A DNA stretch of 64,000 bases from Octopus sinensis (lineage: Eukaryota): the NCBI RefSeq assembly GCF_006345805.1, contig NC_043018.1:4340001-4404000 (forward strand), in the 5' to 3' direction. Positions 1 through 14,540 of the stretch are shown here, piece after piece. Numbering within the stretch: position 1 is the first letter of the stretch; each line of letters opens with the position of its first letter. A model generated the notes under the pieces. That model did no database searches, was not told the origin of the DNA, and worked only from the letters and a program-made list of their open reading frames with translations. Made by a program: the position numbers and the translations under genes.

Positions 1-445
1 TTAAAGACCCCTCTCTTTGGGAAGAGCAAATTAATAAATAATTTACCTTTACTGTGAAGAATACAGCATCCTAGCTTGAAGGAAGGAAAAGTAAATATGT
101 TCTCTTTGCAGTTGCATTACAAGAGAAGGACGAGTAGGGTTCTAGAGGTTAGATTCTGTTTGCACCTAATATTACTATAGGTGAAGGACTGGGAAAATGT
201 TTTGTTTCTATTGCATAAACAAAGGCTTGTCATGAAGGCTTAGTTGTGAAAATAATTATTAATAATGTACTGATAATCTTCTAGGAATAATTATTATTAC
301 AAGCCTTCTGTTAATCCAGAGAAACAAGTCATCTGGCATGGGTTTGGCACCAAGAGTAACAGAAAATGGGTCTTGTATCTGTATTATAATAAATTCATTC
401 TACAACCAAACATACATTTTTGCAAAGAAGTTAACTAAAACTTAC

Positions 446-562
446 AGTGAGGTCCCAGAAAAATTTTGCGAGGCACACAACTTGAAGTTGACCAACACGT
501 AACCGGATTTTGTAATCTGGATTCTTTTTATTCTTCCCATGAATCTTATTGTAGTATATAAA
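446..562 (-). CDS. VPS13: VPS13 exon, 117 nt (FIYYNKIHG...IRLRVGQLQVVCLAKFFWDLT)
   Basis: cag/GTAAGT; L.VG..Q.V.L.KF motif. Confidence 0.9.
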
Positions 563-804
563 CTGAAAAGTGCAAAAGAAAAAAAAAAAAAACAAGAATA
601 TACATTGTCCTTTTATTTGATTTTGGCAAAATTAGAGCAAAAGAAAAAACAGAAAATGAGTTTTCTATATTTTTGTTATTCACAAAAAAGATAAGCAGTA
701 AACATTTTATTGTTTTTTAATTTTAAACTAGAAAACAGTTTTATTTTTAACTTATCTCTTTGTAGATTGGAGAAAAGAAACAACATCATTGCCTATCAAA
801 GGAC

Positions 805-880
<76 letters not shown>

Positions 881-883
881 GGG

Positions 884-923
<40 letters not shown>

Positions 924-925
924 AG

Positions 926-961
<36 letters not shown>

Positions 962-998
962 GAGGGAGAGAGAGGAGAGGGAGGAGAGAGAGAGAGGG

Positions 999-1029
<31 letters not shown>

Positions 1030-2778
1030 GGAGAGAGGGAGAGAGAGGAGAGAGAGAGAGAGAAGAGAGAGAGAGGGAGAGAGAGAGAGAGAGAGGGAGA
1101 GAGAGAGAGAGGGAGAGAGAGAGAGAGGCTCTATAAAATCAACCTCATCCTGCACCAATATTAACATGCAGTCAATGCCATCAGCTTTTCTACACAAGAA
1201 TTGGTCTACTTAGTCATCAATGCCATCACCATGAAGAAAGCATTCAGAAAATCAGAAACTTGGATATAGAATAAAGCAGCTGCCAAAAATTAGATGGTTA
1301 TTTATATTTAAAGCTGTTTCAATAAGATTCAATACCAAAATATGCCTCACCTCCAGTTCAAATAGGTTTGACTTTTCAAGCATTATGATCTGAAAAGAGA
1401 CAAAGAAATTTTAAATTATATGAGACAAAAATTAATATCTATCCATAAATAGGCACAGGTGAGATTGTGTGGTAAGAAGCTTGTTTCCCAACCATATGGT
1501 TCAGGGTTCAATCCCACCGCGTGACAACTAGGGCAAGTATCTTCAACTATAGCCTCAGGTTGGCCAAAACTTTGTGGGTGGATATGGTAGACAGAAACTA
1601 AGAGATTTGTTGTGTATATATATATATATATAGCATGGATGTGTGTGTGTGTGTGTGTGTGTGCATGTGTGTGTATATGTGTTTTTGTGTCTGCGTTTAT
1701 CCCCCACAACCACTTGACAACTGGTGCTGGGAAGTTTATTTCATCGTAACTTAGCAGTTCAGCAAGAGATTGATAGACAAAGTACCATGCTTAAAAAAAA
1801 ATCAAGTACTGGGATTGATTCATTTACCTAAAAATTCTTCATGGCTGCAGTCTAATGACTGAAACAAGTAAAAGATAAAAGATATTTTGTAAAGATTTTT
1901 ACACTAATTAATTTAACCATTTCGTTATCATATTTCTGTTGAAATACGCTGCATTTGTTTCAATGAATTTTGAAAATAACAAAGAATTTAATAGAATAAC
2001 TTTGTTGTTATTAAACTGGTGTTGGGACATAATTTAACATGGAATTTTCATACAAGGTTTAGAAAAAGGAGTTTGTTTCATAGAACCAGGAATGGTTTCA
2101 GGTGGGTTGGTATCAAAAGGGTTCATAAAATATTAATATTAATCAGATGACATCTAAAATTAAATTTTAAGGGAAATAAAACAATGCTTACATTTGGGTA
2201 AATAGCACCAGGTGAACAGTCTTTCATATTCAGGTCTTTCAAACCACAAAACACTAATGTCTTGTTTGATTTCATCAGGACCTGAGACTCAAGATCTGAT
2301 AAAAATATAAAATTTGAAAATAAAATTACAACCCAAAGAATATTTTTGGTTACCTTGGTTATATTATTTCTTGGGAGATAAAGAAGGAAGAAAAAAAGTA
2401 ACTGACCGAAGGAAAATGGTACAGGAAAGAAGAGAAATAGTGCAGTGTACTCATGACTTTCAGAACTACTTTTTCATGCTCATAATATTACTGAAGCATG
2501 GGATGCTCTACCTGCATCAGTTGTTAGCTGTCAGGACACTGCATCCTTCAAAGATTCCGTGCTTCCCAAAATTCACCAACATTGCTCTTCACATACCTAT
2601 ATACCCTTTCCTTTTTATGGCTCTCTTACTGTTAACTTTTCTCTCTTTTCGTATCATACCTTATGTACTATGCATGTATTTCTCCCTCTCATTGTTGTCT
2701 TTTTTTACTTATGACTGCTTTCTATACCCTTTTTACCCTATTCCAACCAGTTGTAGTGCACCTGACCATTGGATACAA

Positions 2779-2809
<31 letters not shown>

Positions 2810-5240
2810 TTTATTACTATTATTATTGCTCTTGCTATTATTTTGGTTTGACTCAGGTTCGGTCTTATTCCTGGTAGGATTTATGTGGGTAGTAGGTTAC
2901 TACCAGTAACCTTGGGTATCCATAAGTTTTCAGCAGTCTTTCAAGTGCTTAGAACCCTCCTGATAATCCTTGCTGTCCTTAAGAGACAAGCCGTTTGTCT
3001 ATATCTTTGCTTACTGTTCCCAGTGCACTAATTATTATAGGCACAACCTTTATTGTTTGCCTGCTCCAAATTCTTCCAATTTCAACTTTTAAAGGATTGT
3101 ACTTTTTTGTTTTTCTTCCTCTAAAATGGAAAAAAAACAAGAAAAGAAGGAGAAAGAGAGAAGGTGAAATATGAGAGATCAAAAGAAGGAAAAGAAAGAA
3201 CAAAGAAAAAGAAAGGAACATCACTCATCTGCCGAGGAGGGTTAATAAGACTGAAATATGTCTGGAGTTGTTACCACATCTACCAAAGGTTAGATTATTC
3301 TTCCCCTCATTGTATTACCTTTTTCCAGTTCCAAACATTTCAGTATTCGATGCTATAAATCATTTCAAAGGAGTTTATTTCTTTTTATTTTGGATTGTTC
3401 CCTTTGTTTGGTTGAATTAAGTATTGTTCAACAGTGTCTACATCTCCTCTGCACACCACATTGAATATGTCAGTCTTTACTGTGTCTTTATATAATTACT
3501 GATTTCCTTATTTCTAGAATGAAAAGTCTCATTTTTGTTGAACTTGGAGAAAAGGAAGACCATGAAAATGAGGAAACTTACCAAGGATATGGATGTCAGC
3601 AATGTCGTTTTCAGAATCACAGACTTTGAAGTTGACATCTTTGATAGCTGCACAAAAGCTGAATTTTACCAAATTGTCTGGAACATCATCTGCTTCAATG
3701 AAACAATAGAAAAACCCAGAATAACAATACTTTCTGTGATGTTATTTTTAATGACATACACTAGCCTATGTCCTTTAAAGTGACATAATTCAAAATAATC
3801 AAGAATTAGAGGAATACATACACCCTGATTTTATTCAAAGACTGAGAAGTGATTTTTGAAGGGAATCAGTGAAATAATTTTATCATAATTAAGCTAATGT
3901 TACTAAGGCTAGCAGAATCATCAAAGAACCATGCCTTCATCATCATTATCTTCATTTTAATGTCCACTTTTCCATACTTGCATAGATCAGAAAGAATTCA
4001 CTGAAGTAGATTTTCTGCAGTTGGATGCCCTTCCTGTCACCAACCTTCACCTGTTTCCAAGTAAGTTAATATTTTGTCACAACTGGACATGTTTTCATAG
4101 AAGAATGGAAATGAATGACATGACTTGAACGATGGTGATACTTATTTGCAACTATCATGTGATATCAAGGCAAAGAGATACAAAGCAAATACATATTTAC
4201 TTATATATACATATATATGTATGTGCATGCATCTATATGTTCAGTTTCAGGATTTGTTAGGACCTAAGTATTTTAACCTAAGTATTTTAACATTTATTGG
4301 TTGTATACTGTAAGTGTGCACACATACATTTACATGTCTATTTATACATATAAGTACACATAGACAAATGTGTGTTTACACGCATACACACACAAGTATC
4401 TGATACATATATGTATATACACATACACGGACACAATGGTCTTCTTTCAGCTTCTTTCAAGTAAATCCACTCACAAGGCTTTGCTTGGACTGGAGCTGTA
4501 GCGGAAAACACCTGTCTTAGTATTTAATTGCATTTCTTTACATCCTGAATTTAAATTCTCCCAAAGTCAGCTTTGCTTGTCATCAACCCACTTTTAGGGT
4601 TAAGTAAAACAATGAACAAGTCAAATAACCCTTTGGCATTCAAATCAGCCATATCTGGCTCAAATATTCCATCTGTCTTAGGTTCAAACTGGCCAGATCC
4701 AACCTCTCACACTAAACCTACAATGTCATTCTAAAAATAACCATTCACATCACTAAGTTTTCAAAGCTATGAGATATTTTTAATTCAAAACAATGTGAAA
4801 TAAGCAAGCATTACATTTGACTGAGTAATCTGAATGCTAAAGGGTGAAACACTTGAGGCTGGTTTCTTCCAGACTCCTCCTTCAAGAAAGAGAATCCTGA
4901 ATAAATATTATTAATACTGCTTGTGTTATGATGACCAATACAGGTGTAACTACCCCTCAATACTCACAGTATCTCTGTGGGGTACCACACTCCCATATGT
5001 TATTAATTGGCAATTAGTATTGGAACAATATCACACAAATGTATAATTGATGGGACATGTTACATATCCATCTTCATACTCAATGCAAATAGACAGAAGA
5101 GACTGGGGTTCATGGCATAGCTCTACAAAATATTCTCGTATAAAATTATGATAGCTTTAATTCATCTTTTATTGTTTATTTGTTTCAGTCATTAGAAAAT
5201 GGTCTAAAAATGCTTGAAACATAGCATGCACACATGCACG

Positions 5241-5296
<56 letters not shown>

Positions 5297-6483
5297 CACA
5301 GTCCTTTGAAAATGTGAGGTCTACATACTGGTAGTAACAGAAACCATCCGCGTCAGAGGTTGTAGAATTCCGAAGTCCTCCAAGGAATCCGAGTTGGAAA
5401 TGCTACTTGTTGTGCTTGTTTTCATTTTCTTTTCATTTATGCTGCAACAAAAAAAAAAAATCAATCAACTGTTGGGAAGGAATGATAATCATATACATCT
5501 CATCAGTCTTGGAGGGTTTCTGAGAAATCCTCCAGACAAATCCCACACACCTCCCTTAACAGACAAAATGATTTGCATCAAAATTTAATTAAACTGTAAT
5601 TGAGTTCAAGGTTTATTTCCTGCTGAAACACTGAACCAAGGTGAAACACCTGGCTATGTTAGCAGGGTCAGATTAAGACCCTTGGACGCCCTAAGCACTT
5701 GAAAGATCTTGGTGTCACCATATATATGTAATTCAAAATATAAACAATAATAGATCATAAAATAAATTTTTATTTTTCAAATCGAAACAAAATTAACAGT
5801 AAGATGGAAAATAACATTTCTTTTTGTATATTAGGATTAGAACTTAGAATGGAAATAGCCAGCAAAGCAAATATTTCCAGAATTTTTCTAAGAATTCTAC
5901 CAGCTCACTGCCTTATTACTATATCTAATATCATTTACATGAAAATCTTAGCAGTTAATTTTAAAGTAAACCTTTTCAAACGAACAAATCGACAGTCATT
6001 AGAGCATTGAATAAAATTTCTTGTAATATTTGTTCCAGTTCTCTGAGTTTGAATTCCACCAAGATCAATTTTGCCTTAATCCTTCCCAGAGTCAAAAGAT
6101 CTAGTATCAATCAAATGTGATGACGCATGGAATAACCATTAACATGGTGAAAAATCTGAAATGGCGTTTTATGTTTTATTCAGAAAGAGCATAACTTAGA
6201 GATTTTAGAATACTTTAAACTTTCCAAATATCTTAATATTTGACCAAGATATGTCATTTTTCACAGATAAGCAGACGCAACCCAGAAAATAGGACTTTTT
6301 GAGAAAACAGCATTTGAAGTTGAGACACAACTGAGAACTAAAACCTTTTCACAACTTTAGCCTTTTCTCATTCATGAAATATCCAGGATTGGCTTCGACC
6401 CTGTTTTTCTCTGTTTATTTAGCAACATCCAATAGGTCTTCTCATGCACCATCACAAACGCTGGAGTCAATTTTTTATTGTCT

Positions 6484-6522
<39 letters not shown>

Positions 6523-8612
6523 TTCTCTCTATTAATTGGTTGTGAGAAAGTAGAGAAATCATGTACCAAAAAAATCCTTCTTCTATTGGACTCATCACTC
6601 ATGATTATGAGGAGGTGCATGGCTTAGTGGTTAGGGTGTTGGACTCCCGATTGTAAGATTGTGATTGTGATTCCTGGACTGGGCAATGCCTTGTGTTCTT
6701 GAGCAAAACAACCTCAAAGGTTGTTGACGTATTGTGTTTGCATGATTTTGGGTGCTAATGGTCCACAAAGCACCACTCAACAGTGGTGCTTTGTAGATAC
6801 AATGGATGAAATGTCTCATTTTTTGTATCTCAAAATCAGATCCCATTCATTAGTTTAAATGAACACCAGAATGGATGCAACATGTCAAGTGCCAGGAATT
6901 ATTATGTAGCACAGGGAACATCATAGCAATAAACTCCACTGTTCACATTCCAGAAGGTCACCATTTATAAGTATAGAAGCACATGGCTTAGTGGTTAGGG
7001 TGTTGGACTCATGATTGTAAGAGTGTGGCTTCGATTTCTGGATTGGGCAGTGCATTGTATTTTTGAGCAAAACACTTCATTTCACATTACTCTGGTCCAC
7101 TCAGCTGGTAAAAATGAGTAATCTGGCGATGGACAGGCATCCTGTCCATAGAGGAAACCAAGAAACTGGCCTTATGCTACTCCTTACTGAGTAATGTGGA
7201 TTAACCTAACCATTAATAAGTGTGGCCAGTTCCTGTCACATGCAGTAAAGTTGTATGGAAAACTCCTTGCCTACGATGTTGAAATATCGCAGTAGACACA
7301 TTTCATTTGCAGCTTGGCAGACAGGAGCAACATGGAATAAAGTGCTTTACCCAAAGACACAATGCAATGCCCAGACAGGGAAGTGAACCTATGTCATTAC
7401 AAACGTGGCTACAGTAGCTTAACCACTAAGCCATCTAATTTTACTCTACCAAACGAGATTTGGCAGAATTCATAGAAATGGGGTACCAGGATCAAGCATG
7501 GACTCTAAATGGACATCTCAAGTATAAAATAACTGCTCCCTACAACCCTCACTCCTGAAAAACTTGATTTAAAGGGAAAATTACATTTATGAAGAATCTG
7601 TTTAGAGGGTGCTTACTTAATTAACTCTTTAGCATTTAATCCGGTCGTATCAAGCCCAAATAGTCTACCTGTTTTAAGTTCAAACCAGCCAGACTCTACA
7701 ATGCCATCCTAAAGATAAACAATCACATCATTTGAAATCTAGAAGCTACAAGATAATACATGATTAATTCAACAACAATGTGAATAAATAAGCATTACAT
7801 TTGATAGAATGTGAAGGCAGATGGCTCAGTGGTTAGAGCGTCAGACTCGCAATAATGAGGTAATGAGTTTGATTCCCAGCCGAGCTGTGTGTTGTGTTCT
7901 TGAGTAAGACGTTTTATTTCACATTGCTCCAGTTCACTCAGCCGTAGAGTTGTGATGTCATTGGTGCCAAGCTGTATTGGTCTTTGCCTTTCCTTTAAAT
8001 AACATTGGTGGCATGGAGAAGGGGAGGCTGGTATGTAGGGGCAACTGCAGGTCTTCCATAGAAACAACCATGCCCAGACTTGTGCCTTGGAGGTGAACTT
8101 TCTTGGTGCAATCCCCTGGTTATTCATGACCAAAGGAGGTCTTTACCCTTTTATCCTTCACCCTTTACATTTGACAGAGTAATGTGAATGCTAAAGGGTT
8201 AAACTTACCTGTTTATCAAACGTGTCATGTATGTGTTTAGATGTGTTATACCAACTTGGTGGAGAAAAAATGAAATGGTGTCCATCTTTAATTGTACCCC
8301 TTGTATTACATAGCCATAGACACCAAAATCAGGACATTTGGGATCAGTCTGAAAAAATATACAATATGAATCAAATATCAGAATGTACCATTGTTATTAA
8401 GTTTTAAATATTCAGTCAACTATGCTAGTCCACTAAAATTTGTGTCAATGTGGAAAATTATAATAGCAGTATATGCCTGTCATCATGCATGTATATGTAT
8501 GTGTGTATGCATATGTGCCCATACATGTAAGTATACATATATATGAGCATGTACGTGTGTGTGTGTGTGTGTGTGTATCAAGTCACTCTTGGGTGCTACT
8601 GGCAACATGTAA

Positions 8613-8658
<46 letters not shown>

Positions 8659-9284
8659 TACATACATATATTAAGGTAGCATGCTGTTAGAAATGTTAGC
8701 ACGCTGGGAAAAATGCTTAGCAGTATTTCATCTGTCATTACTTTCTGAGTTCAAATTCTGCCATGGTCAACTTTGCCTTTCATCCTTTCAGGGTCGATAA
8801 ATTAAGTACCAGTTGCATACTGGAGTCGATCTAATCAACTAGTCCCCTCCCCCCAAATTTCGGGCCTTGTGCCTAGAGTAGAAAAAAGTCATATATATAT
8901 ATATATATTATATATATATATATATAAAGAGTGTTCTTCATTACTTGTTGTTTTACTAATATACATGTGTGTGTGTGTGTGTATGTGGTCAAATGGGGTC
9001 TATTGTTTGATATAATTTATATATGGGAAGAGCAATGAATTAAATCTAAGACCCTCAGCCATTCCATATCTCAACAATATCAGATTAGCTAAACAGAAGG
9101 CAGATAAATTGTTCCGTACCATTCTATAAGTGATGGATACCAAGTTATCATTGGATTTACTTCGTATCAATTCAAGATATTCTCCAGATGGTCCTGGAAT
9201 GGACAAAAGTAATAATATAAGAACAGGCATGGAATGCATGTTTGCACTCAAATACATGTATATATATACACACACAGTCTCTCT

Positions 9285-9336
<52 letters not shown>

Positions 9337-10608
9337 TACACACACACACACACACACACATACAGACATGAAGGAAAATGACATGGCAGACATTTTTTAT
9401 TTAAAAATCACAAGAATTGTTTTGACACATTTTGACATCTTTAATGCATTGGTGAGGGTCTAATCATTATCATACATCCATCTTACAAAATGCACTTCCT
9501 CAGGTGATTGTGTGAATAATTTGTCCATTGGATCCTATCCTCATTTCACTCAGTGTGATAATGCATACTCCAGGTGACATGGATTCAGGTGAGGGTTTCA
9601 ACAGTCTACAGACAAAACTAAACTCATAGACATAGTGACAGACAGAATACAATTACAATCAAAATACAAAAAAGATGAATAAAGAAACAGACAAAAGAAA
9701 AGGGTCAGGTCAATTACAAATTACCATTCCATCTTAATTGTAAGATTATAAGGAAAAAAATTCTAAACAGACTAAAGAATAAAATGATTATTATCTGTAA
9801 ATGCTTAAATCACTCTTCATGCTTCACAATGCTCCAGATAATATGGAATTCAACATTTTTTTTTAATTCCCAGATTTTTGCTGTGAGTGATGTCAGTTTA
9901 GCCTTATCTCTTCTTCTAAAGGTTTGAACATAATTATATTATCTTTGTTTAATTGGAGAGGATATGGAACCTATTTAAATAAAGGTATTCAGTTTTGTAT
10001 GGCCATTACACCTATACACAATATTTCTTGTAAGACACATATTGTTAAGAGGATATTGAAATTTATTCCTAAAATTACATAGTGCTGGTGATTGATAGTG
10101 TCATCCTGGCTAAAGATAATAGGATCGTTATTATGTTGCTTTTGGATAGTGTCACTAGAGTTACTATTAGTGCTAAGTACATAAATTCTAGTATCATTGT
10201 ACTTCCACTTGCTAAAATTAGTTGGCTAGTCATGGTTTGACTATGTTTAAATAACATTTGATGAGACTAGGATCTCATGTAATGTACGAAGTAATCCAAG
10301 ATATTGTATTATAACTACATTAAATAAAGGTTTCTAGTGAAACAACTGTCACAAAATTTAAACTCTACTCATCTGTTTTTTTTATTATACTTGCACCACT
10401 CCAAGAGTTCCCTATTAATTGGATCATTGGTAAGTAATTGGAATTGAGAATTACCCAACAATAATATCCAGTTTGCATAATCGTTGTATAACTGGTGTCT
10501 ATGATTACTTCACTATCCGTTGTGTGTGGGTCTATCAAGCCAAACGGTGCAATCCTGCATGTTCATGGGCTTCAACTCTTAACAAATCTCTTTGAATTGA
10601 CACATGCA

Positions 10609-10641
<33 letters not shown>

Positions 10642-12342
10642 GCACACACACTCAAATACATGCATATAGTAACACATACATTTACATTTTACACACACAC
10701 ACACACACATGCATATGTGTAGTAATACACAGATATATATTTATACACAAACAGGTGGATGTATAATAACACATAGTAGAAATTTCTAGAAAAACAAAGA
10801 CAGGTGAAGGAACAACAAGCAAGCATATTAGCTTGATGCTCAGGGAAAATGGAAAAGTCTTTTATGTTTTGAGCCGATGCTCTTTGACATACATCTCTTT
10901 ATAGTCACACATATTCATGCATAAATATATATAGGGATGTACAATACTATATTTACAAACACACACACACATGGCTAGCATGTCAACCAGCTTAAAGTGA
11001 ATATTTTTACCTAGATTGTATATAAATATTTCTTTCTATTTTCAGCTTTTCTTTGTTTTTTGGTGTGTGCATGTGTGTGTATGTGAGAGAGAGAGAGAGG
11101 GAGAAAGAGTGCATGTGTGAGAGAAAGAGAGAGTGTATGTGTGTGTGTTTGTATGTAAGTTTGTCTTGATGTCACATGATGCTTGTCAACAGGTACAACT
11201 GTCACACAAGCAGTACAGTTCATTCTGACTATTCTGTTGGAAAAAAATGCATGGCCCTGGAAAAATATTTTCTAGCTTGGAAACAGGTGAGGATTGGCAA
11301 CAAAAAGGGGATCTGGTCATAGAAAATCTACCTCAATGAATTCCATCTGACTCACAAAGGTGTGCGAAAGTGTACATCAAATAACAATGAAAATAATTGT
11401 TTAATGTCCACTTTTTAAAGCCTGCATGAGTCAGATGGAATTTGTTGAGGCAGACACACAGACAGATAATGATAGATAGGGTGCACTTACCAATATGAAT
11501 TTTATCCACTAGTTCAATGCCACCAAGACTGGCATTGACGACCATTCCATACACTGTTATTGCACTATCTACATATAATTTGTTGATTCGGAACATCAGG
11601 TAAGGAGACTCTCGTCTGTCGATCTTCTTTGATAATTGTAAAACAGCTTCGTTAAGAACGATCCTTGTCAGGACTTTTATGGTGTTTGAAGCTGAAGAAT
11701 GGTCATCGACAGATTTGATGTCACAAGTTCTGCAAGATAAATTACAAATACTCATCAATCACAAAAGAAAGAAACAACCACTTAAAAACAACACAAATAA
11801 AAACAAAGAGCCGACAAATTAAAATGCATGCTTGATCTACAATAAATAGCAGTTGAATACCCTTCAAACTATATCCTGAAGGCATACATTAAATAATGTA
11901 AATTCAAGATACGCTACTAAAAAACAAAATAAAAAGAGAGAAGAAGCTTTGTCTGCTTAGCCTTGTGGCGTTCGATCCAGCTCTACATTCTGAGTTCAAA
12001 TCCTGCCAAAGTCAACTTTGATTTTCAGCTCTTTGGGGATGCACAGTCTATACCAGGTAAGTGATAAAATGACAGGTTGTATCCCTAAATTATAAGCAAT
12101 CATTCTCATCATCATTATTATTGGTGAGCTATGAATGAATTGTTAGTACACCAGACAAAACGATGCTTAGTGTAATTTCTTCTAGTTTTGCATTATGAGT
12201 TCAAATTCCACCATGGCTGACTTCATTTTTCATCCTTTTGGAGTTGATAATTAAGTACCTGTTGAGTGCTGAGTTTGATGCAACCAACTTACCCCTTCTC
12301 CTAAATTTGCTGTCTTTGTGCCAAAATTTAAAACCATTATTA

Positions 12343-12382
<40 letters not shown>

Positions 12383-13553
12383 TGTATTAAAACTCACAGC
12401 TTATTTTGCTGGGTATGATTGAAAGTGTCAGCTGTCCACAGCCAGCAGACTGAGGTGACACTTGTTTACTGGTCATGCTTCAAGAACCCTGCAAAGAATT
12501 CTTGCAGTTACAAGCAATGCTAATTTTTATAGGTGCTCTACTTTCACACTTGCACCAATCTTTTTCAGCCATGTTGATAATTGAGTGCTGACACTTCCAA
12601 GTGCACCAGTTCCTACAGGTATCACGTCTACTCTCTTCATTGACCACAACCTTTGTATTTCTCACTTTAAATTGTCATAGTTGTTTATTTTTTCCTCTTC
12701 TTTCACATTGTCAACGGGGCATGCTATGTCGATTATCATACATGTTCTTTGCTTTTTATTCACCACAACAATGTCCCGATTCCGATGTCTTGTTTTTTAT
12801 TCACCACAACAATATCCAGCTTCCAATGTCTTCCAATGCTTAGTGGCATTTTGCTTTGAATTAAAAATGTAAATTTTTAGTCCAAATTCCACCAAGGTCG
12901 ACTTTACCTTTCATGGTCTGATAAAATAAGTACTGGTTGAGTACTGAAGTCGATGTAATCAACTTATCCCATGCCCCAAAGTTGCAGGCTTTGAGCCAAA
13001 ATTTTAAACACTCATATGAGAGGCTTCTTTCAGTTTCCATCTACCAAATCCACTCACAAGGCTTTGGTCAGACTGAAGCTATAGTAGAAGACACTTACCC
13101 AAAGTGTCATATATATATACACACGCACACATATATTCCATTCCAACCTGTCTGAGGATTTGCATATTGAAGTGTTCTTACATATTTAATAAAATCTTAA
13201 TCCAGATCTCATTACATGAATGACATCCCAAGATTTCAGTCAGTTAACATCTGTAGAATATATATATATATATATAAAATTAGATATCTTACAAAATTTT
13301 GACTCTACTGAAAATTAATTACAACACACAGGACGTCGACTCGTTAAAGAAATTAAATCAATATAATAAGGAAATCTACTCATTAGAAATAGAAACTAAT
13401 GTATTGCTTACTTGTGACGTAATGGTAATTCTTCGTCTGAATTCTCAGAAGCTGAACCAAAATATTCTTCTGCTTAAGGAAAAAAATAAATAAAAATAAA
13501 AAAACAACAACATTAGAATGAAATTAGAAAATAGAATCTTGATGTCATTGTGT

Positions 13554-13585
<32 letters not shown>

Positions 13586-14507
13586 TTAACTGTGATTTTC
13601 CAATTAATACAATTCCTTTTGGTTTTGTGAAGTGTAACTTCTCAAGATAAGCTGAGACAGTTATGTCTGCATATGTGCCTGCAAGATCAGGAATGAAAGA
13701 TCCTAGTGTGTTCTGGTCTGCCTCCTGTGATGGAAATCTTTATTGATAGAAATTTACATTCGTCAGGATAGAAAGACAAGATGGACAACAGACATTGGCG
13801 GCCAGGGAACTGCCAGCTCACCCAACCTCAAAACAATTCCTTTACTCCCAGCTGTGCAAGGGAAAAAGAAACCATGAAAAACCTTGACTGAGATTCAAAG
13901 ACACTGCAAAAAGGAATATGAAGTGGAAAGGAGTTGATCCTAATAAAATGCAACTTCAAGCGCAAACCTGACCAGTATGGAGAAAGCTTATCAAGTCATT
14001 CCAAAGCCATGAACAGTCATTGCCATGATGACTGACTGCAGATAATAATAACAAGCTGGACCTGTGAAAACTTTATAGAAAATATAAAAAATGTAAGCAT
14101 CTGTAAATTGCGTGCTGGTGCCATCAGACATATTTCTATATTGCGACAGTTACAGAATATGTGTAAAACTGATAGCTAGATAATCCAACCAAAATATCTC
14201 AGTTACGCAAACATAAACAGAATTACTATTTAGCCTTAAAATACATCGTAGATATTGGTTTGGTGGCATGGAACATTCTTTTAGTATTCTTTTATTCTTT
14301 TATTTGTTTCAATCATTTGACTGTGGCCATGTTGGAGCACTGCCCTTTAGCTGAAGAAATCAACCCCTGAACTTATTCCCTGTAAGCCTGGTGCTCATAC
14401 TATCAGTCTCTTTTGCCAAACAGCTAAGTTATGGGGATGCAAACACACCAACATTGGTTGTCAAATGATGGTGGTGGTGGAAACACAGACACAAATACCC
14501 CCCACCC

Positions 14508-14540
<33 letters not shown>

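Noticed and set aside
47-70. Possible 24-nt minus-strand microexon (DAVFFTVK, tag/GTAAAT)
   Set aside because: No resemblance to the VPS13 sequence expected after KFFWDLT; weak support.
710-1213. 167-aa RE-rich ORF and overlapping ORFs
   Set aside because: Translation of a (GA)n microsatellite. The same applies to poly-I/N/Y, HT and CV ORFs elsewhere in the window.
2314-2877. 187-aa ORF
   Set aside because: Out-of-frame read through a CR1 3' end and (TAT)n tail.
6610-6690. tRNA-like A/B boxes (also 7815, 15057, 33150)
   Set aside because: SINE heads that run into shared SINE bodies; no complete cloverleaf.
10850-10892. Possible fourth hammerhead relic on the minus strand
   Set aside because: Both conserved core boxes are mutated; cannot be supported from this copy.
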